A stretch of 32,000 nt of DNA from the NCBI RefSeq assembly GCF_000020385.1, contig NC_010814.1, forward strand, positions 1,650,001 through 1,682,000, in the 5' to 3' direction. Source of the DNA: Trichlorobacter lovleyi SZ. GTDB taxonomy: Bacteria; Desulfobacterota; Desulfuromonadia; Geobacterales; Pseudopelobacteraceae. Position numbers and translations under genes: made by a program. Each line of letters opens with the position of its first letter. Positions within the stretch are counted from its first letter, which is position 1. Positions 8,410 through 16,463 of this stretch are shown here, in pieces. The notes beneath the pieces are model-generated. The model worked only from the letters and a program-made list of their open reading frames with translations, did not search any database and was not told where the DNA came from.

Positions 8410-9444
8410 TTGTCCTGTTTTGCGACGAAGTGTTGTGACCGCCGAACCGTTTTATCTGTCTCAGAGTACGCACAGGCTGTGATTGAATCGTGTCATTTTC
8501 AATCAGAAACCATGGAGGTTGCTCTTGTGAACAGTTCTGAAAAATGTGGCGCAACATCTGCAGGGGAACCGCCCTGCTGGGAACAGTTGCAGGAACTGCG
8601 AGATCTCTTTCAGGAAGAAGTGCTACGCGGCCTTGAAAAGGATCGTATTCTACTCCAGCAGGATAAAATGGCCTGTATCGGCCAGCTTGCAGCTGGCGTA
8701 GCCCATGAGATAAACAACCCGATGGGGTTCATTATGAGCAACCTGGGTAGTCTTAAAGAGTATGTTGAGAATTTGACCCAGTATATTCAGGTGCTTGAAG
8801 TGATGCTTGATCGTTTTTGTCCCCCTGAGCAGAAGGGGCATGTAGGGGTTTTGCGTGAGCGGCTCGACATTGCCTTTATCTGTGATGATGTAGGCTCTCT
8901 AGTACGGGAGTCACAGGACGGGGCCAACCGAGTCAAGCAGATTGTGCTTGATTTGAAAGACTTTGCCCGGATTGATGAAAACATGGTGAGAGAGTCTGAT
9001 CTTAACCAGTGCATTCGCCGTACCACCAATATCGTAAAAAATGAACTCAAGTACGTTGCACAACTTGATCTGCAGTTGGGAGATCTGCCACCAGTGTACT
9101 GTAACAGTCAGCAGATTAATCAGGTTGTCACCAACCTGCTGGTAAATGCAGCTCAGTCAATCACAGGAACAGGCACCATTACAGTAAAAACATGGCACGA
9201 ACAAAGCGAGGTGCTGATTCAGATCGCAGATACCGGATCCGGCATTTCCCCTGAAATTGTTAAACGTATCTTTGAACCGTTCTTTACTACCAAGCCGGTC
9301 GGCAAGGGAACCGGTCTGGGGCTCACCATTACCTATGACATTATCAGGAAACATAACGGATCAATTACCGTTGAAAGTGAGCTAGGAAGGGGAACAACCT
9401 TTACGGTGCGTCTACCGATTAATCAGGGAGAGGAGGATGTATGA
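8410..9444 (+). CDS. soluble histidine kinase (HisKA + HATPase_c), no recognisable sensor domain
   Basis: H-box is [33 protein letters not shown] boxes are [15 protein letters not shown] and GKGTGLGL. No hydrophobic TM segment is present. The start is uncertain: TTG 8410, GTG 8479 or ATG 8512. Confidence 0.85.
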   Translation: MSCFATKCCDRRTVLSVSEYAQAVIESCHFQSETMEVALVNSSEKCGATSAGEPPCWEQLQELRDLFQEEVLRGLEKDRILLQQDKMACIGQLAAGVAHEINNPMGFIMSNLGSLKEYVENLTQYIQVLEVMLDRFCPPEQKGHVGVLRERLDIAFICDDVGSLVRESQDGANRVKQIVLDLKDFARIDENMVRESDLNQCIRRTTNIVKNELKYVAQLDLQLGDLPPVYCNSQQINQVVTNLLVNAAQSITGTGTITVKTWHEQSEVLIQIADTGSGISPEIVKRIFEPFFTTKPVGKGTGLGLTITYDIIRKHNGSITVESELGRGTTFTVRLPINQGEEDV

Positions 9445-10229
9445 AAGCTGATACCCGGATCCTGCTGGTTGATGACGAACAGTCTGTTCTGAATGCCCTG
9501 CATCGATTTTTCAGGCGTTCCGGCTACCAGGTGATCAGCTGTACATCCGGTCGTGATGGATTGACTTTACTTGAATCATCAGAACCGTTTCAATTGGTCA
9601 TTTCTGACTACCGCATGCCGGAAATGAACGGTGTTGAATTTTTGAAGGCGGTGCGAATCCGTTGGCCAGACACGGTGCGCATGGTCCTGTCAGGCTTTGC
9701 CGACACCAGTGCCATTATTTCTGCCACCAATGAGGGGAATATCTACAAGTTCATTCCAAAACCCTGGGATGAGGAGTTTCTTTTGCAATCAGTACAGGAG
9801 GCCATCGAGATTCACGCCGCAAACAGGCGTTCAAAGGAACAACTACAGGCTCTGAGCGAGTCAATAGACTGCCTTGATCTGCTGCACACAAAAAATCTGA
9901 ATAATCAGACTATTACTATCTCTGCGTATCATACACTGCTGGATCAGATGCCGGTGGGGCTGATCGGTATTGACCGGAACTCTGAAGTTGTCAGCATGAA
10001 TGAACGTGCCAGGCTGATACTGGGATTATCCGTTGCTCCGCTGGGTGAATCGGCTACCTCTGTATTGAACGGCATTTACGATGCAGTACTGCGTCACTAT
10101 ATCCCGAAGCAGGAGAACTGCATTATTACGGTTAATGAAAAGCAGATCAGGGTGCTGACCAAATTCCTGCAGGAAGGGAAGTCGGATGGCGTAATGCTGA
10201 TACTGGTTCTGCTGGAAGAGGGGGGCTGA
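9441..10229 (+). CDS. response regulator, REC + C-terminal PAS-like domain
   Basis: ATGA overlap with the kinase stop, and RBS GGAGGA. REC motifs are ILLVDDEQ, LVISDYRMPEMNG and FIPKPWDEEF. The C-terminal LLDQMPVGLIGIDRNSEVVSMNERARLILG is PAS-like. Confidence 0.8.
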   Translation: MKADTRILLVDDEQSVLNALHRFFRRSGYQVISCTSGRDGLTLLESSEPFQLVISDYRMPEMNGVEFLKAVRIRWPDTVRMVLSGFADTSAIISATNEGNIYKFIPKPWDEEFLLQSVQEAIEIHAANRRSKEQLQALSESIDCLDLLHTKNLNNQTITISAYHTLLDQMPVGLIGIDRNSEVVSMNERARLILGLSVAPLGESATSVLNGIYDAVLRHYIPKQENCIITVNEKQIRVLTKFLQEGKSDGVMLILVLLEEGG

Positions 10230-10231
10230 CC

Positions 10232-11590
10232 ATGGAGGTTGTGGCAGACAGCGTAGACCGCATTGAGACAACGGTCTTACTGGTTGATGATGAACCCAAT
10301 ATCCTCCAGGCACTTCAGCGCCTGTTACGGCGGGAAACCTTCAGGATTGTTACGGCAGCATCTGGAACAGAGGCTTTGCAACTACTTTCTCAGCTACGTG
10401 GTGTTGCGGTGATTCTTTCTGATATGCGGATGCCAGCTATGAATGGTGCAGAATTTCTGAAACGATCCCGTGAGTTTGCGCCGGAATCGGTCAGGATGCT
10501 CTTGACCGGTTATTCTGACATAAGTGACGCCGTTGATGCCGTTAACCAGGGGGGGATTTCCCGTTACCTGAGCAAACCCTGGAATGATACGGATCTGCTC
10601 CAGGCAGTGCGCATTGCTGTGGAAAGCTACTCGTTGAGCTATGAAAACAAGCGGCTGCAAGAACTGGTCAGCAGGCAGAACAAAGAACTGCAAGACTGGA
10701 ATCAGAACCTGAAAGAGCGTGTCCTGCAGCAGACCGCCGCTATACGCCAGAAGAATGAAGAACTGCATAATTTCATTAAACAGCAGAAAGAGGCCTTTCA
10801 GAGTTTGATCAGTTCGTTTGGTTCGCTGGTTGAGATGCGCGGAGCCAGGAGCAGGCAACACGCAGCCAATGTGGCAAAACTCTCGGTGCTGGTTGCAGGC
10901 GAGATGGGGCTTGCTAAGGATGATCAGGAGATTATCCGTACTGCCGCTATGCTGCATGATATTGGGGAGATAGGGCTTTCAGAACGGATTACACTGGTTA
11001 GCCCCGAGTCACTTTCGCAGGATGATTTTGTTGAATACTCTCAACACCCGATCCGGGCCCAGCTGCTGATAGATCCGATTGAAGAATTGCGGCCGGCAGG
11101 TGTTCTGATCAGGCATCATCACGAGATGTTTAATGGTAACGGTTTTCCGGATCATCTGGCAGGCGATGAGATTCCGCTCGGAGCGAGAATCATTGCGTAT
11201 GCAGATCTGATGGATCGTGCTGCCCGCCAATGTTCGGGCAATGTGGCTGAGCAGGCGCTCCAGTGGACTGATATCCATGTCGGAAAGGCGCTTGACCCTG
11301 CACTGCGTACGCTGTTTCGCAAGTTTACCAAGTATGTCTACCTACCTCCTCCCAGGTTCAGTGGCGGTCTGGAATCCGGGGAGCGGGATGTCAAACTGGA
11401 CGACCTGGAACCTGGCATGACGCTGGCGAGGAGTATCTACAGCGGCAGCGGAATACTGCTGTTGCATGTTGGCGTTACCCTTGGTGCCAAACATATTGGT
11501 GCCTTACGGCGCTATTTTGAGCTCGATCCAACGGATGAACCGATCTGTATCCTGCGGAAGGGGCGGACAACAGCCGGAGTAATGGTCTGA
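10232..11590 (+). CDS. response regulator with HD-GYP domain (RpfG-type c-di-GMP phosphodiesterase candidate)
   Basis: REC motifs VLLVDDEP, VILSDMRMPAMNG and YLSKPWNDTD. A coiled-coil linker follows. HD-GYP motifs are HAANVAKL, MLHDIGEIG and IRHHHEMFNGNGFPDHLAGDEIPLGARI. There is an extra ~90-aa C-terminal LEPGMTLARSIYSGSGILLL module. Confidence 0.85.
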   Translation: MEVVADSVDRIETTVLLVDDEPNILQALQRLLRRETFRIVTAASGTEALQLLSQLRGVAVILSDMRMPAMNGAEFLKRSREFAPESVRMLLTGYSDISDAVDAVNQGGISRYLSKPWNDTDLLQAVRIAVESYSLSYENKRLQELVSRQNKELQDWNQNLKERVLQQTAAIRQKNEELHNFIKQQKEAFQSLISSFGSLVEMRGARSRQHAANVAKLSVLVAGEMGLAKDDQEIIRTAAMLHDIGEIGLSERITLVSPESLSQDDFVEYSQHPIRAQLLIDPIEELRPAGVLIRHHHEMFNGNGFPDHLAGDEIPLGARIIAYADLMDRAARQCSGNVAEQALQWTDIHVGKALDPALRTLFRKFTKYVYLPPPRFSGGLESGERDVKLDDLEPGMTLARSIYSGSGILLLHVGVTLGAKHIGALRRYFELDPTDEPICILRKGRTTAGVMV

Positions 11591-11602
11591 GAGGTGGAGG
11601 CT

Positions 11603-12235
11603 ATGTCTGACACAATTTTACTGGTAGATGATGAACCTTCGGTGCTTTCTGCCATAACCAGGGCGCTGCGGGGCGAACCATATGAGGTGGTGAGTGAGTT
11701 GAGTGGTGAGCTGGCATTGGAGCGGATGGCGGCACAGCCATTTAAAGTGGTGCTCTCTGATGAACGGATGGCCAGGATGCAAGGCTCAGAGTTTCTTGCC
11801 ATTGCACGAAGCAGGTACCCGGGTACGGTGCGGATTCTGTTGACTGGTCATGCCACGCTGGACGCGGCCATACGGGCTGTTAATGACGGCGGAATTTACA
11901 AGTTTCTGACCAAGCCTTGGCAGGATAATGATCTGAAACAGGCTATTCGTGATGCCCTGCTGAAACATGATACCGAGCAGGAGGCCTGGCGTCTTTTCGG
12001 GCTACTCCAGCAGCAGCATGACATGGATGACCTGGAGAAGCTGCATCCAGGGATCAGCCGACTGGAGCGGGATCAGGAGGGTAACCTGATGCTGCCGGAA
12101 CTTTCCGATGATGCGCTTAATGATCTGCGCAGGCAGTGCGAGAAGGCCTTTCTGGATCTTGATCCTGCCTCAGATTCTGCCTCAGATCCTGCTGATATGG
12201 TGCGTGGTATGTTCCTGCATGGAATTAGAAACTAA
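11603..12235 (+). CDS. response-regulator receiver with acidic C-terminal tail
   Basis: REC motifs ILLVDDEP, VVLSDERMARMQG and FLTKPWQDND. The ~90-aa tail ends in DPASDSASDPAD. ATG 11603 is preferred because GAGG/GGAGG lies upstream; GTG 11594 is also possible. Confidence 0.8.
   Translation: MSDTILLVDDEPSVLSAITRALRGEPYEVVSELSGELALERMAAQPFKVVLSDERMARMQGSEFLAIARSRYPGTVRILLTGHATLDAAIRAVNDGGIYKFLTKPWQDNDLKQAIRDALLKHDTEQEAWRLFGLLQQQHDMDDLEKLHPGISRLERDQEGNLMLPELSDDALNDLRRQCEKAFLDLDPASDSASDPADMVRGMFLHGIRN
12164..12196 (+). repeat. 12-nt tandem repeat (CCTGCCTCAGAT / TCTGCCTCAGAT / partial CCTGCTGAT) inside the receiver gene tail
   Basis: Read directly. There are two full units differing at one base plus a partial third, encoding ASDSASDPAD. 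Confidence 0.7.
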
Positions 12236-12248
12236 CAGCAAGAAAACA

Positions 12249-12890
12249 ATGAAAACGATACTGATTATAGATGATCACACCATGTTCCGTCAGGCGTTAC
12301 GTTCGATGTTGATGGAGCGGATGCCTGCCGGCACGATCACCTGTGATGATGCTGGCAGTGCTGCTGCAGCCCGGGACAAGCTTGCTCATCAGGACTTTGA
12401 TCTCATTGTTCTCGATATCGGCATGCTTCACACCAATGGTATGGAGTTACTGCCTGAGCTGAAATCCTGCTACCCGGCGCTGCCCGTGCTTATGTTGAGC
12501 ATGTATCCTGAAGAACAGTTTGCCTTGCAGACTTTGAAACTTGGCGCAAGCGGTTACTTGACCAAACAGGAGGCTGCTGATGAATTGTTGACGGCCATTG
12601 AAAAGTGCCTGGCAGGAGAACGGTATCTGAGTAGCTCTTTTTCATCTTTGCTGATCAGCCAGGTCTTACAGCACTGTAAAGCTGAGGAGCTACCCCATAC
12701 ACGGCTATCTCGAAGAGAAATGGAAATATTCAGGCTGCTTGCCAGGGGATATATGTTGAAACGGATTGCCAACGACCTCGGCTTGAGCATCAAAACAGTC
12801 AGTACTTACAAGGTCCGGCTCAGCGCCAAGATGGGCTTCAAGGATAACGCGGCTCTGATCCGTTATGCTGTGGCTTATCAACTGAACTGA
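12249..12890 (+). CDS. NarL/LuxR-family response regulator, paralog of 7136-7780, with no adjacent cognate HisKA_3 kinase
   Basis: ATG 12249 gives MKTILIIDDHTMF. REC motif is LIVLDIGMLHTNG. LPVLMLSMYPEEQFALQTLKLGASGYLTKQEAADELL is near-identical to the 7136 protein. The HTH is LSRREMEIFRLLARGYMLKRIANDLGLSIKTVSTYKVRLSAKMG. The ORF-track start at 12108 overlaps the previous gene and is not used. Confidence 0.9.
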   Translation: MKTILIIDDHTMFRQALRSMLMERMPAGTITCDDAGSAAAARDKLAHQDFDLIVLDIGMLHTNGMELLPELKSCYPALPVLMLSMYPEEQFALQTLKLGASGYLTKQEAADELLTAIEKCLAGERYLSSSFSSLLISQVLQHCKAEELPHTRLSRREMEIFRLLARGYMLKRIANDLGLSIKTVSTYKVRLSAKMGFKDNAALIRYAVAYQLN

Positions 12891-12968
12891 TATAGCGCCG
12901 ATATTCATTGATAGATATGAGTAAAATACCCACCGGGTCCAAACTGTCTTAAAGAGAAGAGTGTCCTG

Positions 12969-14999
12969 ATGTCCCAGAAACCTGACCGGTTATTTGATGT
13001 CGTACAGTGGCAGCAGGTCTTTGAAAGTGCAGATTTTTGCCTTGCCCTTTCTGATGTGGCTACAGAGCGGTTTGTTTCGGTAAATTCCGCTTTTGCCACC
13101 CAACTGGGATATCAACCTGAAGAGCTGGCAGATGCTTCAATTTTCACGATATACGCGCCTGAAGTCCATGATCAAGTCCGTGAGCTGCTTGTTGACCTTG
13201 ATAGGAAAGGCCATATTGTTTACGAGTCAATTCATATCCGTAAGGATGGTAGTCGCTTTCCTGTACGAGTTGAGGCGACAATCTTCAGAGACAGCCACGG
13301 TTGTACTGCTTTTCGAGTTTCAACAAGTACTGATATATCTATTCAGCGTATGCAGGCGGAGCGTTTTATTAGATATATGCGTTGCCAAAATGCTCAACTG
13401 AAACTGTATGCTGCTGGCTATAGCTGCTGTAACGAGCTGCTTGATTCTGCGCTCGAAGAAGCTGTTGCACTGACAGAAAGTTGTGTCGGCTACATATTTA
13501 TCTATGAAGAGGATTCCCGTCTCCTGACTTTGTATGCCTGGTCGCATGCTGTGGCATCATCCTTCACAGCGCAGGTGGAGCGAGGGGTCTGGGAGCTGGA
13601 TGGGATCGGGCTGTGGGGCGAGGCAATCCGGCAGCGTAAGCCGATTATCACCAATGACTATGTTGCTGACAATCCGTTAAAAAAGAACTTCCCGGAGTGT
13701 TCTCTGCTGCTTGAGCGATATGTTAGTTTGCCGATCATGCGCAGCAACAGAATTGTCGCCCTGGTCGGAGTTGGCAACAAGGAACAACCCTATACTGAAG
13801 ATGACGTCCGGCAGTTGCAGCTGTTCATGGGCGGTTGCTGGAATGTACTGGAACGGCTAAAGGCCAGAGATGAGTTAATGGCGGTTAAAGAGCTTGCCGA
13901 GTCGTCAGCCAGAGTCAAAGGCGAGTTGCTTGCCAACATCAGCCATGAGTTACGTACGCCGTTAAACGGTATTTTGGGTGGTACACAGCTGATGGCACTT
14001 ACCGATCTGACACCAGAACAGCAGACATATCTTGAGATGATTGAGGTCTCTTCTGCCCATGAATTGAGTTTGATTACATCGTTACTTGATCTGGTTAGTT
14101 TGGAGTCAGAAGGGATACAGGTGGCAGAACAACTGTTTTCCCTAGTAGTTGCAGTAGAGGACGTAATCAAGCATTACCGGTCGGTAGCCTCTGAAAAGGG
14201 GTTGCGATTGTTACTTGATATCGCCCCGTTGACACCCGAGCAAGTGATTGGTGATAGCGTACGTATCAGGCAGATACTGCATAGCCTTGTCGGCAACGCA
14301 ATCAAGTTTACTGATCAAGGCGACGTTATTGTTAATCTCTCCGTTGTGGTAGAAGAAAACGGCGCGGCGTTAGTCCGGTTGACTGTTAGTGACACAGGCG
14401 TTGGCATTGCTGCAGAGCAGCAAAAACTGATCTTTGATATTTTAACTCAGTCAGATATGTCAAATACCCGCCAGCATGGAGGGCTTGGTTTAGGGCTTGC
14501 TATTTGCAATCGATTGGTAGCGGCATTAGGTGGGAGGATCTGGGTTGAAAGCACACTATCTTTGGGTAGCACGTTTAAGGTGGAGTTGCCGATTATTGTC
14601 GTTACTAACGAACGGCAGTGGACGCAGGATTTTTCGGTGCTGTTAGTTGAGAATGATCATTTGAGCGCCCTGACCGCAACCGGGCTGTTACGCAAGATGG
14701 GGCTTGCAGTGACAGTGGCTGTAGATGCATACGAAGGGCTTTCAATCTGGCAACGGCAGAGTTTTGATCTGGTCTTGATGGATATCCAGATGCCGAAGTT
14801 GAGCGGTTTTGAAGCTGTTCAAAAGATTCGGCAGGTTGAAAATGAACAGGGCAGAAAACGGACACCAGTCGTTGCCCAGGCCGTCTATGCCCGTCGTAAC
14901 TTTCATGAATCATTTCTAGGGGCGGGCTTTGATGGTTTGATTTCCAAGCCACTGATGCGTGCCGACTTGGAAGAAACGATAAAGCTTTTCTGTAGGTGA
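12969..14999 (+). CDS. hybrid sensor histidine kinase (PAS + GAF + HisKA + HATPase_c + REC)
   Basis: A PAS-like N-terminus is followed by a GAF-like region (ESCVGYIFIYEEDSRLLTLYAW ... VALVGVGNK). H-box is ANISHELRTPLNG. Catalytic motifs are GNAIKFT, DTGVGI and GGLGLGLAI. The C-terminal REC has LVLMDIQMPKLSG and LISKPL. Confidence 0.9.
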   Translation: MSQKPDRLFDVVQWQQVFESADFCLALSDVATERFVSVNSAFATQLGYQPEELADASIFTIYAPEVHDQVRELLVDLDRKGHIVYESIHIRKDGSRFPVRVEATIFRDSHGCTAFRVSTSTDISIQRMQAERFIRYMRCQNAQLKLYAAGYSCCNELLDSALEEAVALTESCVGYIFIYEEDSRLLTLYAWSHAVASSFTAQVERGVWELDGIGLWGEAIRQRKPIITNDYVADNPLKKNFPECSLLLERYVSLPIMRSNRIVALVGVGNKEQPYTEDDVRQLQLFMGGCWNVLERLKARDELMAVKELAESSARVKGELLANISHELRTPLNGILGGTQLMALTDLTPEQQTYLEMIEVSSAHELSLITSLLDLVSLESEGIQVAEQLFSLVVAVEDVIKHYRSVASEKGLRLLLDIAPLTPEQVIGDSVRIRQILHSLVGNAIKFTDQGDVIVNLSVVVEENGAALVRLTVSDTGVGIAAEQQKLIFDILTQSDMSNTRQHGGLGLGLAICNRLVAALGGRIWVESTLSLGSTFKVELPIIVVTNERQWTQDFSVLLVENDHLSALTATGLLRKMGLAVTVAVDAYEGLSIWQRQSFDLVLMDIQMPKLSGFEAVQKIRQVENEQGRKRTPVVAQAVYARRNFHESFLGAGFDGLISKPLMRADLEETIKLFCR

Positions 15000-15169
15000 T
15001 TTGTTTTCTTACCCACCCTGAGCCAAAACATGGTGATTGTAGGTCTGGTCTTACATCTGCTCTGCTGTTTCCAGCCTTCTTCTGACGGAGGTTTTCCTAA
15101 TTGCTTCAAGCCTGTAAACGGTCCATGCTGCAATTACAGCCAGTTCATTTCCATGGACAGGAGACTCAT

Positions 15170-15595
15170 GTGTTAGAAACGCACATTCTGATAGTTGATG
15201 ATGAACAACATGTGCTGCAGTCTTTGAGCCGGGCACTGCATGCTGAACCATACATTCTGCATTTGGCATCTGGAGCTGAGCAAGGGCTTGACCTGCTGAA
15301 ACAACAGCCGTGTAAAGTGGTGCTATCCGATCAGCAGATGCCCGGTAGGCAGGGACTTGAATTTATTAGAGAGGTAAAAGAAATACAGCCAAAAGCAGTC
15401 TGTATTTTGCTGACCGGAAAAGGCAGTCTTGAACTGTATGAGGAGGCTTTCTTCGAGACTGACGTCTTTAATCTGCTCCTGAAACCATGGGACACTAGAC
15501 AGTTAAAAGCTGCTGTACGTAGCGCAGTACTGCAGTTTGGTCAGCAGTCAGAACAGAAAGCGACAGACTGGCGGCATTTGCGGTTTCTTAAATGA
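15170..15595 (+). CDS. single-domain response-regulator receiver
   Basis: REC motifs ILIVDDEQ, VVLSDQQMPGRQG, ILLTG and LLLKPWDTRQ. GTG 15170 sits after GGACAGGAG; ATG 15101 and 15125 are also in frame, so the start is uncertain. Confidence 0.75.
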   Translation: MLETHILIVDDEQHVLQSLSRALHAEPYILHLASGAEQGLDLLKQQPCKVVLSDQQMPGRQGLEFIREVKEIQPKAVCILLTGKGSLELYEEAFFETDVFNLLLKPWDTRQLKAAVRSAVLQFGQQSEQKATDWRHLRFLK

Positions 15596-15635
15596 TGTAA
15601 CGTAAGATTTCCGGGTAACCGAAGAGGAGGTATCT

Positions 15636-16463
15636 ATGAAGAGTATAGTCATATTTGTAACGGTCTGTGCCATGCTGTTGCTACAGTTTGTGCAGGCAAC
15701 GGCAGCAGATATCCTGGTTATTGGCGTGGCGCCCCATACCAGCGCCCGGATCATTCTTGAGATGTATCAGCCGTTACGTTTACATCTGGAAAAGTCATTG
15801 GGGATGCCGGTGGATATTGTCACCGCTACTGATTTCAATGCCTTTGCCAGGCGTGGACTGGCGCAGGAGTTTGATGTTGCAATAACCACAGGGCAGCAGG
15901 CCCGACTGTTGCAGGTTGATGCCGGTTATCAGCCCCTGGTGACCTATAAGGCGGACTTCAAGGCGGTCGCCTTGGTGCCGTCAACTGCGCACTACCGCTC
16001 AGCAGCGGACCTGAAAGGAAAAACGGCTCTGGGGTTGAGTCCCACATCGCAAGTGACCGTATGGGGGCAGCATTGGCTTGCCGATAATAGCCTGCAGGGG
16101 ATGCCGATTAAGTATGTCAGCGCCTCTGACAGTGTTGCCCACCTACTGGTGGCTGGTGAGGCTGCAGTCGGTTTTACTTCTCTGGCAAATTATCAGAAAC
16201 TGCCGCTGGATTTGCGGGGCAAACTACATCTGTTTGCCCAGAGCAAGTCAATGCCCGGACGTGTCTATATGTTGAATAAACGCCGGGCTGCACTGAAGAA
16301 GAAGATTGAAGTGGCTTTGCGCGGGTTTGCTGCCAGTGCTGAAGGGAAACAGTATTTCAACTCAAACAAGCTGGAAGGCTACCGTCTGCTCAAACGTGAT
16401 GAATTGAAAAGCATGGATCATTTTGCTGAAGAAGTGCGCAAAGTGCTGGCCAGCGAAAAATGA
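15636..16463 (+). CDS. periplasmic substrate-binding protein, PhnD-like (phosphonate/phosphite-type ABC binding-protein fold)
   Basis: Strong RBS GAGGAGG. The signal peptide is MKSIVIFVTVCAMLLLQFVQATA. ILVIGVAPHTSARIILEMYQPLRLHLEKSLGMPVDIVTATDFNAFARRGLAQEFDVAITTG resembles PhnD-family proteins. No permease or ATPase genes are nearby. Confidence 0.65.
   Translation: MKSIVIFVTVCAMLLLQFVQATAADILVIGVAPHTSARIILEMYQPLRLHLEKSLGMPVDIVTATDFNAFARRGLAQEFDVAITTGQQARLLQVDAGYQPLVTYKADFKAVALVPSTAHYRSAADLKGKTALGLSPTSQVTVWGQHWLADNSLQGMPIKYVSASDSVAHLLVAGEAAVGFTSLANYQKLPLDLRGKLHLFAQSKSMPGRVYMLNKRRAALKKKIEVALRGFAASAEGKQYFNSNKLEGYRLLKRDELKSMDHFAEEVRKVLASEK

Noticed and set aside
12108-12248. N-terminal extension of the NarL-type regulator ORF (MMRLMICAGS...ILPQILPQILL).
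   Set aside because: It overlaps the 3' end of the preceding receiver gene in another frame. The repeat-derived ILPQILPQ is an artefact of the 12-nt tandem repeat. The receiver domain begins cleanly at ATG 12249 (MKTILIIDDH).
12890-12904. Quasi-palindrome ATATAGCGCCGATAT at the stop codon of the orphan NarL-type regulator, with nearby GATAT/GATAGATAT words.
   Set aside because: Only the 4-bp outer arms pair, and the centre is mismatched. It is too weak to call an operator or terminator.
15001-15100. Possible terminator after the hybrid kinase (GGTG...CACC around 15004-15028), and a similar short hairpin TGGTG-actc-CACCA at 18542-18555 after the 16460 kinase.
   Set aside because: The stems are only 4-5 bp and are not followed by a T-tract. 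This is insufficient for a Rho-independent terminator call.
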